Position numbers and translations under genes: made by a program. From contig NC_083226.1 of assembly GCF_032191835.1 (NCBI RefSeq), positions 21,762,001 through 21,826,000 of the forward strand: a stretch of 64,000 nucleotides of DNA, written 5' to 3'. Each line of letters opens with the position of its first letter. The stretch's first letter is position 1. The notes under the pieces were generated by a model. That model was not told the origin of the DNA. It searched no databases and saw only the letters and a list, made by a program, of their open reading frames with translations. This document shows positions 36,626-46,109 of the stretch, piece after piece. Source of the stretch: Heteronotia binoei. Lineage: Eukaryota.

Positions 36626-37135
36626 CCATGAAATTAAAAGGCGTTTGCTCCTTGGGAGGACAGCTATGGTGAACCTGGGTAGTATAATAAAAAGCAGAGA
36701 CATCACCCTGCCAACAAAGTCCGTATAGTCAAAGTGATGGTATTTCCAGTAGTAATGTATGGGTGTGAGAGCTGGACCATAAGGAAGGCCGAGCGCAGAA
36801 GAATAGATGCTTTCGAGCTGTGGTGCTGGAGAAGAATCTTCCCCTTGGGCTGCAAGAAGATCAGATCAGTCAGTCCTAAGGGAAATCAACACCGACTGTT
36901 CCCTGGAAGGTCAGATGCTGAAGCTAAGGCTCAAATACTTTGGCCACCAAAAGAGAAGGGAGCACTCCCTGGAGAAGATCCTGATGCTGGAAAAGACAGA
37001 AGGCAAAAGATGAGATGGCTGGACAGCATTACTGATGTAACAAACACGAATTTGAGCAGACTTCGGAGGATGATGGAAGACAGGAGGGTCCACGGAGTCG
37101 CAAAGAATTGGACTTGACTGTGCAACTGAACAACA
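36626..37135 (+). mobile_element. RTE-BovB LINE 3' fragment
   Basis: FPVVMYGCESWTIRKAERRRIDAFELWCWRR..., ends ACTGAACAACA; 10-bp TSD ATTTGTAAAG. Confidence 0.9.
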
Positions 37136-37729
37136 ATTTGTAAAGTACACAGAACTTCATGTCATACTCTGTATGGTGCTTGGACACACAATGCTCAGAA
37201 GGAAGCAAGAGGGGGGGGGGGAGGAAGCAGATGACAATCAGTTGCTTGGGGGCCTGATAGGAGCCCTCCGGGGGCCTAATTTGCCCCCGCCCCCAGGCCG
37301 TATGTTTGACACCCCTGCTTTAAAGGGTGTTTGAAGCATAGAAGTCTGGTCTCAAAAAGCTTAGTTGGCAGTGGTGGGTCTGCTGCCTACTAAGATTCCA
37401 GGTCATGGGGGTATGTGTCCTGGAACTAACTAAGACACCCGCATAGTCAAATTGTGCCCAAAACCAAGAAATTCCATTTCCTGTGATTTCTCTCTGCACG
37501 GTTTGTGACACACATTCAAGAATTAATGGCAGGAGTAGCACATGGGCAGAATACTGATATACTAAGTAGTAAGTAATGAATCTCACACTGAAAGAACAAA
37601 TCTTAACCAGCTTATGGGACACAAACTGAGTAGGGGCTCTCCTGATCTAGGTCGCATTCACAAATACCATTAGAGGACACACCTGCCAAAGTGCAATCGC
37701 TCGTGGAGGCTCATGAACATTGCAAGAGG

Positions 37730-37913
37730 CAGGGCTTTTTTTGTAGCAGGAACTCCTTTGCATATTAGGCCGCACCCCCTGATGTAGCCAATCCTCCTGG
37801 AGCTTACAGTAGGCCCTGTACTAAGAGCCCTGTAAGCTCTTGGAGGATTGACTACATCGGTAGGGTGTGACCTAATATGCAAAGCAGTTCCGGCTAAAAA
37901 AAAAAAAGCCCTG
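37730..37913. mobile_element. Palindromic hAT MITE
   Basis: CAGGGC...GCCCTG TIRs with 8-bp TSD GCAAGAGG. Confidence 0.9.
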
Positions 37914-38974
37914 GCAAGAGGAGAGGAGGGGCTTTAAGCTTCCATCCTGTGCTGTTTTCCTAAAGAAAAATCAGCCACGAAGGGGCCTGTTTTCCCCTTC
38001 GTCAGGCTTCACATGTGTTCAGATTGTAACTAGTAACACATGGTGCCCGTGAAAGGGCCAAAGAGGCCCCCTGAGGCCATTTCTACCTGGGAAAAGAGCA
38101 CAGGAGGGAAGCCTGGAAGCTCTCCTGCCTCCTCAAAGCACTCAGTAGCCTGCACAAAGAATAAAAGCTTTGGCAGGTGAGTCGCTGGTGGTCCATGAGG
38201 CTATAAGCCTGGCTTGCAGAACCCTGACTTGGCTTGTATAACATATATCATTTCTCTAGATCTGTAAAGTTTGTTTTAGAGTGGAAGGCTTCAATGTTTT
38301 TGTCTGACCATAGAAGCAGAATAAGCTGGTTGGGGTGTTGTTGGGGGATTTTGGAGCCCAGGAGTATTTCTAGGACCCATAGGCAAGACCGGCACTTTGG
38401 GCCGCCTCAGAGCCGCCTCTGATGTCAGTCCAAAAAATCCCTGCAGATGGCAACATCTGTCGGCCACCCTTCTCCCGTCCTCACCCCATCCTCCAGGCTC
38501 CATTGACTGGCTCAAAAAGCTACCACATCCAAAAGTGGTAGCAAATATTTGAGCCGGCTTTCAGTCGCCTCCCTGCCGTCTGGATGGGGAAGGGTGCACG
38601 TGAGGCGACTTGGTGGTCTGGAGCTGCGAAGCCATTCCAAACTGATCCATTTTTTTTAATGGAACCAATCAGTGCACCAGCACTTCCCCCCCAAAGGAAA
38701 AAAAGAGAAATCAGCTTCTAGGGTGCCTCCCTATGTGGAGGCGCCCAGCTGCCTCACAGACAGGATGGGGCCGCCTCGCCAGGGACCGTGCGGGGGCTCC
38801 AGGACGGCTCTTTTTGAGCTATCCTGCTTTCAGCTGCCTCCAAGCCACCCCAGAATGGCCATCTGTTCTCAGCTTTAGTGCCCTTATATTATTGGCTGGG
38901 TGGAGACTGGCAAAGGGCTTGAATTTAGTAAAGAGAGAGACAATTTTAGTAAGACAAAACTACTTTATTGTAGC

Positions 38975-41900
38975 TGTAATGTACTGGGAGACGAGACGTG
39001 GTAAAGGCATTGGTCTTTAATCGCTGGTACATTACAGAACTGGGGAACACGCGGCCGGGTCCGCTAATATATACATGCACCCCGGATCAACCCCCCTGCT
39101 GGCCAGCCCAATCCTGGCCAGTTAAACTTCCCGCGCTTGGTCTTGATTGGCGGTGACTTTTCCCGCGCTGCGCCAGGTAACCCAAGGACGTCCCGGCTTA
39201 CGCGGCGCGGGTGCAGAGTCCGATACTCAACACTCCTCCCCCCTTAGTTTAAACCACATAGTCCCGGAGGTACGCCGGTGCTCTCCGTTCCCGTGTCGAT
39301 CTCCTCGGGGTCGCTCTTGGTGCGGAGGCTGGTTCCGTTGTGGGCGATGCTGCTTCTGGCTGCGGGATGTTGGGGTCTGTTTCAGGCTCCGGCTCTGGTT
39401 CGGTGTCTCTGGGGGCGTCATAAGTGGGTAGTTCCTGTATTGGCGAGCGCCCTTCCGGACCTTCGGTTGCCCGCGGTTCCCTATTCCCTACCTCCTCTGT
39501 TTCTTCGGGTAGGGTGCGGCGGCGCAGCTGATCTATGTGCCGCCTTAGTACCTGGCCCCCTTCGGTGGTCACCTCGTATGACCTGGAACCTGTCACCCTA
39601 AGGACTCTCCCCGCGACCCACTCGGGACCGCTTGCGAAGTTCTTCGCGTATACCGGGTCACCCGGAAAGAACCCCCGCACCGCCTCCCGGACCTCTGGGG
39701 ACCCGCGGACCTCGGGGGCCCGGTCGGGGTGCAGCCTGTCTAGGCGTGTTGTCAGTTTCCTCCCCATAAGCAGTTCTGCGGGGCTGGATCCCGTTATAGG
39801 GTTTGGGGTGATCCTGTTGTGGAACAGGAAGGCTGAGAGGCGGTGGTCCCAATCCCCTTGTACTATTCTCCCCAGTGCTTCCTTGGTGGTCCGCACCATC
39901 CGCTCTGCCTGGCCGTTGGTGGCCGGATGGAAGGGTGCGGATCTTATGTGTCGTATGAGGTACCTCTCCGTGAACTCCCGGAATTCCCGGGAGGTGAATG
40001 CAGTACCGTTATCCGTCACCAGGGTGTCTGGGATCCCGTGCGTGCATAGGACCCTCCTGAGTGCCCGGACGGCTGCTGCTGTGGAGGTCGAGGCTACTGG
40101 AATCACCTCCAGCCATTTTGTGTAGGCATCCACAAGTATAAAAAAGATTTGGCCCTGATACGGGCCTGCAAAATCTAAGTGGAGGCGGGACCATGGTCGC
40201 CTGTTAGACTCCCATCTGTGGACCGGGGCTGATGGGGGATCGGGCCGGGATTCTTGGCAGGGTTGGCACCTCCTCACCCACCCCTCTATCTCCTCATCCA
40301 TGCCCGGCCACCACACATAACTACGGGCCAGGGCTTTCATCCTCACGATGCCCGGGTGGGTCTCGTGGAGGTCTTCCAGCACCTGCTTGCGCAAGGGGGG
40401 GGGAACCACCACCCGGCTGCCCCAAAGCACACACCCCTTGTGGGTTGATAGCTCGTCCTTCCTGGACGCGAACGGCCTGAACGCGTCTTCGACTTTGCCT
40501 GATGGCCACCCCCTCCCCACCCAGTCCCTGACCCGTGCCAGGATGCGGTCCCTCCCTGTTGCCCGAGCCACCTCCGCCGCGTGCAGGGGGCGCTCGGGGA
40601 GCGATTCAATGAGCATTACCCCATGTGCAGGGGCGGGATCCGGTTCTGTCATGGGGAGCGGCAGGCGGCTGAGGGCATCGGCGTGTCCCATGGCTTTACC
40701 CGGGCGGTGGACCAGTTCATACGTGTAGGAGTTCAGGAACTGGTTCCACCTCAGGACCCTCTGGGATAGGATTTGGGGGGTCTGACGGTCTGGAGCTAGG
40801 AGGCCCAGGAGCGGCTTGTGGTCCGTGGCGATGGTGAAACGCCTACCGTAGAGGTAGTCGTTGAACTTGTGCACCCCCGCCACGATCGCCAAGGCCTCCT
40901 TGTCAATTTGAGCGTAGTTCCGCTCCGCTGGAGATAGAGTCCGTGAATAGTACGCGACTGGCACTTCCCTCCCGTCCGGGAGTTGGTGCCCCAAAACCGC
41001 TCCTACTCCGTAGGGGGAGGCGTCGCAAGCTAGGATCAGGGGTAGGTTTTCGTCGTAGTGGTGAAGTACCGCGTTAGAGACCAAGAGGTCCTTCACTGCT
41101 TGGAACGCCGCGGCTTGGCGTTGGCCCCAGACCCACGGGGCCTGTTTATCCAGCAAACGGTGCAACGGTTCCGCTACGGCGGCTTTGTGCGGTAGGAACG
41201 TGTGATAAAAGTTCAACAATCCTAAAAAACTCTGTAGTTCTGCCTTGCATTTGGGCGCAGGAGCCTGGACTATGGCCCTGGTCTTGTCCGCCGTCGGGTG
41301 TATTCCCGCCGCGTCCACGGCGAACCCCAGGAACTCCACTCGCGGGACCCCTAACAAACATTTCTCCTTTTTGACTCTCAGCCCCGCCGCTTGGAACCGC
41401 CTGAGGACCTCGCGCAGGCGGCAGCAGAACTCTCCTTCATTGGGGGCGGCGATTAAAACGTCGTCAAAGAAGGGTTGAACTCCGGGGATCCCTTTAAGGA
41501 GAGAGTCCATGATGCTCTGGAATATCCCCGGAGCCACACTGACCCCGAACTGCAGCCGTTTAACCCTGAACGCGCCCCTGTGGGTCACGATCGTCTGCGC
41601 CTCCGCTGTCTTAGCGTCGACCGGCAGTTGCTGGTATGCTTGTGCTAAGTCCAGCTTCCCAAAAACCTTCGCCCCGGCTAGCGCTGCTAGGACGTGGCTG
41701 ACCACCGGGACTGGGTAGGGGTTGTCTTGTAGCGCCTTATTGATCGTGCACTTGTAGTCAGCGCAGATCCTCACCTCCCCATTGGGTTTGACGGGCGTTA
41801 CTATGGGGGTTTCCCATTCCGCGTATGTTACCGGTTCTAGGACGCCCTGGGCCGTTAGGCGGTCCAGTTCTGCCTCTATTTTCGGCTTAAGGGCGAACGG

Positions 41901-43592
41901 GACGCGCCTCGCTTTAAGCCTTATGGGCCTGACCATTGGGTCAATCGGTAGGGTGATGGGCGGACCCTTATAGCTCCCCAAAGACCCATCAAAGACCTCG
42001 GGGAACTCTCGGCAGACCCCGTCGAAATTGCTTGCCTGCAAGTGGTCCACCCCCACCAGCTGGATCCCCAGGGGATTGAACCAAGCCAACCCTAGAAGTG
42101 TGGTCAGTTGGCGCTTGACCACTAGGATGTCCAGGGGCCCTCTGAAACCCCTTCTTTCCACATGCACCCGGGCCCACCCCACGATGTGTACTGGGTTCTT
42201 CTGAAAGTCCCTCAGTACGAAGTCCGCTGGCCTCGTTTGAAGGCGGCGGTGGGGGCATAGTTTCTTGAGGGTTTCCTCCGAAATGATGGAGATGGAGGAA
42301 CCCGAGTCCACTTCCATGGTGCAGGGGGCGCCCTCGATTAGGACCGACATTTTGACCTTGTCTGGGGCCGATAGGGGCAAGTTCAATACCTGCAGAGTGG
42401 TGGATGCCGTCGTGTGGGTGTCCAGGGAGTCGTGATGCGCTGATGGTTGTCGGCGGCTGTTCTTGGCCCGGCAAGCCCAAGCGATGTGGCCCGTCTTTCC
42501 GCAGCTGCGGCAGTCCAGGTTGCGGTACGGGCAGTCCCGGCGCTCGTGGGGGTCGCCGCAGCTGGCGCACCTGGGACCGGTGGTGGCGGTGGCCCTCTCC
42601 GTCGCTCGCTGTCTAGTGGGGGCCCTTGTGTCCGTTCTTTGGGGCCGCCGGAGTTGAAACGCTTCTTCCTCTGTTCGGTCTTCTGGCTCCGTTTCCCCTT
42701 GGTGGACTGCTTCACCTCGTGGCTGGCCGAACGCCTTGGTGGCCCTCTCGAAGGCCGTTGCCTCGTTGAAGGCTTGTTGTAGCGTTAGCTCCTCCTTCGC
42801 GAAGAGCTTCTGCTGCAATCGCTCGTCGCGGAGGCCCCAGACGAAACGGTCCCGCAGGGCTTCGTCCCTTTTGTCAAAGTTGCAATTTCCGGCGATCTGC
42901 CGAAGGGCCGCCAGGTAGACCGCCGCTGTCTCCCCCGACTTTTGGTCCCTCTTGTGGAAGAGGAATCGGCGGGCGACGATGGACGGTTGGGGTGAAAAGT
43001 GGCCCGTGAGGAGCCTCACGACTTCCCGGTAGGTCCTCTCCGTCAGCTTAGCTGGAGCGGAGAGACCTCGTGCGATCTCGAAGGTCTCTTCGCCACAGAC
43101 GCTCAGCAGGACGTCTCTCTTTCTCTCGTCATCGTCGATCAGGTTCGCCCGCAGGTAGCACTCGACCCTTTCGGTGTAGGTCTCCCATCTCTCGGGGTGC
43201 TCCGGGTTGAATTCCGCAAGATGGCCCGTCGTTACGCTCGAGTTCGCCATGGTGGCGGCGGGCTGCCCGATCCTGCGGTCTCTCGCCTTCCTCGTCTCCG
43301 GCCGGACCTATCTAGATCCCATCCTCGTCGCCAGTGTAATGTACTGGGAGACGAGACGTGGTAAAGGCATTGGTCTTTAATCGCTGGTACATTACAGAAC
43401 TGGGGAACACGCGGCCGGGTCCGCTAATATATACATGCACCCCGGATCAACCCCCCTGCTGGCCAGCCCAATCCTGGCCAGTTAAACTTCCCGCGCTTGG
43501 TCTTGATTGGCGGTGACTTTTCCCGCGCTGCGCCAGGTAACCCGAGGACGTCCCGGCTTACGCGGCGCGGGTGCAGAGTCCGATACTCAACA
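38975..43592 (-). mobile_element. Full-length Ty3/Gypsy (Mag-like) LTR retrotransposon
   Basis: 258-bp LTRs (38975-39232, 43335-43592) with one visible mismatch; TSD GTAGC; 18-nt PBS at 43316-43333 complementary to the 3' end of tRNA-Ser(GCT); PPT at 39233-39245. Confidence 0.97.
39249..43250 (-). CDS. Gag-Pol polyprotein, 1333 aa, single intact ORF
   Basis: Two CCHC-type knuckles (CASCGDPHERRDC, CRSCGKTGHIAWAC), protease DSG, RT FFDD, RNase H LACDAS...TDHKPL, integrase HHCC and DDE (LDFAG, TDNG, AER). Confidence 0.96.
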   Translation of the reverse strand: MANSSVTTGHLAEFNPEHPERWETYTERVECYLRANLIDDDERKRDVLLSVCGEETFEIARGLSAPAKLTERTYREVVRLLTGHFSPQPSIVARRFLFHKRDQKSGETAAVYLAALRQIAGNCNFDKRDEALRDRFVWGLRDERLQQKLFAKEELTLQQAFNEATAFERATKAFGQPRGEAVHQGETEPEDRTEEEAFQLRRPQRTDTRAPTRQRATERATATTGPRCASCGDPHERRDCPYRNLDCRSCGKTGHIAWACRAKNSRRQPSAHHDSLDTHTTASTTLQVLNLPLSAPDKVKMSVLIEGAPCTMEVDSGSSISIISEETLKKLCPHRRLQTRPADFVLRDFQKNPVHIVGWARVHVERRGFRGPLDILVVKRQLTTLLGLAWFNPLGIQLVGVDHLQASNFDGVCREFPEVFDGSLGSYKGPPITLPIDPMVRPIRLKARRVPFALKPKIEAELDRLTAQGVLEPVTYAEWETPIVTPVKPNGEVRICADYKCTINKALQDNPYPVPVVSHVLAALAGAKVFGKLDLAQAYQQLPVDAKTAEAQTIVTHRGAFRVKRLQFGVSVAPGIFQSIMDSLLKGIPGVQPFFDDVLIAAPNEGEFCCRLREVLRRFQAAGLRVKKEKCLLGVPRVEFLGFAVDAAGIHPTADKTRAIVQAPAPKCKAELQSFLGLLNFYHTFLPHKAAVAEPLHRLLDKQAPWVWGQRQAAAFQAVKDLLVSNAVLHHYDENLPLILACDASPYGVGAVLGHQLPDGREVPVAYYSRTLSPAERNYAQIDKEALAIVAGVHKFNDYLYGRRFTIATDHKPLLGLLAPDRQTPQILSQRVLRWNQFLNSYTYELVHRPGKAMGHADALSRLPLPMTEPDPAPAHGVMLIESLPERPLHAAEVARATGRDRILARVRDWVGRGWPSGKVEDAFRPFASRKDELSTHKGCVLWGSRVVVPPPLRKQVLEDLHETHPGIVRMKALARSYVWWPGMDEEIEGWVRRCQPCQESRPDPPSAPVHRWESNRRPWSRLHLDFAGPYQGQIFFILVDAYTKWLEVIPVASTSTAAAVRALRRVLCTHGIPDTLVTDNGTAFTSREFREFTERYLIRHIRSAPFHPATNGQAERMVRTTKEALGRIVQGDWDHRLSAFLFHNRITPNPITGSSPAELLMGRKLTTRLDRLHPDRAPEVRGSPEVREAVRGFFPGDPVYAKNFASGPEWVAGRVLRVTGSRSYEVTTEGGQVLRRHIDQLRRRTLPEETEEVGNREPRATEGPEGRSPIQELPTYDAPRDTEPEPEPETDPNIPQPEAASPTTEPASAPRATPRRSTRERRAPAYLRDYVV

Positions 43593-44248
43593 GTAGCACT
43601 TCATCAGTTATAAATCTTGAACACAGAAGCCATCATTTTTCAATATTCAGCATATTATCTCATATTCATTGGACCTAGATATACATGTTCTGGGTGAGGA
43701 TCTCCTCAACATGGAAGTGACAACCAACGCTGTGTTTCATTACCTAGGAGGACTCCAGATGCTGTTGCCTGCACTCTGAAACAGTCCATCGAGGCTGTGC
43801 TCATGAAACTAAGCCACGGCCACCTGAAGCTGAATCCACACAAGACAGACACAATGTTAGTAATGTCAAAGAAGCCCTTTGGAGCAAGCGGATAATCTTG
43901 TGGTGACAAATACAGAACAGTTTAAGACCTCGGGGATGCTCATGAGCCCCGTTTTGCTACTTGCTTCCATCAGCTGCATTTGCATCACAGGTTTCCTCCT
44001 TTCTTTGCCTTTCCCACAATAACCCATGGCTTTGTACCCTGGCTAGTTTTCTGCAATGCACTCAATGTTGGGCTGCCCTAGAAGATGCCCAGGAAAGGGC
44101 TACGGGTGCAGAATTCAGTCAAATTAAACACTAGTGATAACAGATGGATTTGGAGGTAATATCAGTTTCAAGAAAACAAATCCCAAATGAAGAGTGCATT
44201 TCCATCTGTAAAAATAGATCCGCTTATCATATTCAGCGTCTGTCAAAT

Positions 44249-44319
44249 ATGCAAATATGAAATATTAGAACAGGATATCACTATACAGTAACTCAACCCT
44301 TTCTGGTAAAGATTTGCAT
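44249..44319 (+). promoter_or_regulatory. Paired POU octamers upstream of TAS2R (44475)
   Basis: ATGCAAAT 44249-44256 and ATTTGCAT 44312-44319. Confidence 0.58.
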
Positions 44320-44474
44320 CTCGACAGTGTCAACACTAGAAAAGAGCTCCTGCCTCTCCAGATGTTTTTCAGTTCCTAAATTGGAGGCCATAGCATTGTG
44401 CTCTGCTGGGTGGACATCACCGAAAGGGCAAACTGCAAACACTGCAGAAGAAACAGTTCTGTTTTGTGCTCAGA

Positions 44475-45422
44475 ATGATGGTGGCTTCCTTATTGATGAT
44501 AATCAGTTGTGTACTTCAGGTTACCGAAGTCCTTGTTGGAATGGTAGCAAATGGATTTATTGTTCTCGTGACATTCATTGACTGGTTCAGAAGCAGGAAA
44601 CTATCCCCAAATGACCAGATCTTGTCCTGTCTTGTCTTGTCCAGACTAGCATGGCTAGTGGTCATAATTCTGTATATAGCTAAGTTCTTCTTTTCTATTG
44701 GCAAGCATAATTGCCATTATGGAAATCTAATGCTTCCCTTCTTGTGGATATTTACAAGCACCACAACTTTTTGGTTTGCCACTTGGCTCAGCGTTTTCTA
44801 CTTGGCAAAGATCGCCACCTTCTCCCATCCTGTTTTCCTCCAAGTGAAGCAAAGATTTTCAGGACTGGTGCCACGGTTGCTTCTGGCCTCAGTTGTCTTC
44901 TCTGCTGTTACGACTCTTGTTGTGGTCGCAAGCGTGAGCAATGGCTTCTCTAAGTGTGATTCTAACAAACCAATTCTGAACATCAGTGATGCAGAAATTA
45001 AACCCCCTGACTTATACATGTACATAGACCTTCTAGCTACTGTCCCAAATCTTATTCCTTTCATGATATTTTTGTCATCAGTCATGTTGTTAATGACTTC
45101 TCTGTGGATGCACACAAGACGTATGCAAGGCAATGGAATTGGCATCAAGGATCTCAGCACTCAAGCTCACTTGACTGCCATCAAAGCTCTGGCTTCCTTT
45201 GCTGTTCTGTACCTGTTTAGTTTTTTAGCAGTCACTGCTCAGGCAGTTCTGTACTGGTGTGACATGACTGGCACTTGGCTATTCATGATGTCTTGTATCG
45301 TAACTGTGTTTTGTCCCTCTGTACATGGCATTATCCTGATACTAGTTAATCCCAAACTCAAAGAGGCATGGGTCAGGATGGTGCTTTGCTTAAAACGCTG
45401 CTCTAGTGAAGTGCCTTCCTAA
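44475..45422 (+). CDS. TAS2R: Bitter taste receptor (TAS2R family), intact, 315 aa
   Basis: Full TAS2R motifs; starts ATG ATG after CTCAGA. Confidence 0.93.
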   Translation: MMVASLLMIISCVLQVTEVLVGMVANGFIVLVTFIDWFRSRKLSPNDQILSCLVLSRLAWLVVIILYIAKFFFSIGKHNCHYGNLMLPFLWIFTSTTTFWFATWLSVFYLAKIATFSHPVFLQVKQRFSGLVPRLLLASVVFSAVTTLVVVASVSNGFSKCDSNKPILNISDAEIKPPDLYMYIDLLATVPNLIPFMIFLSSVMLLMTSLWMHTRRMQGNGIGIKDLSTQAHLTAIKALASFAVLYLFSFLAVTAQAVLYWCDMTGTWLFMMSCIVTVFCPSVHGIILILVNPKLKEAWVRMVLCLKRCSSEVPS

Positions 45423-46109
45423 AACCTACTACTGGACCACAGAGATAGGCATTCTCTTTCACAAGAAGGACCCTGATAAACTCTTGCAGTGCAATCCTAA
45501 AGGAAGCTCTTTATGGGTAGATATGCTATTCTTTTTTCAGAGAAACGTGTACATAGGGGTGGATGATCTCTTTGACTGGCTTTTTCAGCAGAATGAATTA
45601 ATGTACACTGATAACACATTGGTCAAATCATTCTTTTCTCTCCTTCAGAATTGATCATGTTAGAAATGCTGCTTTCAATTTGGATACAATGGCAGAAGGT
45701 GATACAGACGTGATTATAGGTATCTTGAAAAATTTATATTTCTATAGAAATACAGTTATTTTCTAGATTTTGGTATACTGAGGTCATTATCATGGATATG
45801 CTGCTAACATAAAAACTTATACATTGAAATCTTTATTACTTAGAATTTCTTTTATAATGTTCTGATGACTGTTCAGTCATCATTCGTTCTTTTATAATGT
45901 TCTGATGACAGGATATCGCTATGCAGTAACTTAACCCTTTCTGGTAAAGATTTGCATCTCAACAGTCTCGACACAGTGTCCTACCTCTCCAGATGTTTTC
46001 CTAAATCAAAGGCCATAGCGCTGTGTTCTGCTGGGTGGATATCACTGAAAGGACAGCTTGGGGCAAACTGCAAACATCACAGAAGAAACAGTTTTGCTTT
46101 GTGCTCAGA

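Noticed and set aside
43316-43333. tRNA gene (also 61251-61268 and SINE heads)
   Set aside because: Only 18-nt primer-binding sites or degenerate SINE heads; no full cloverleaf.
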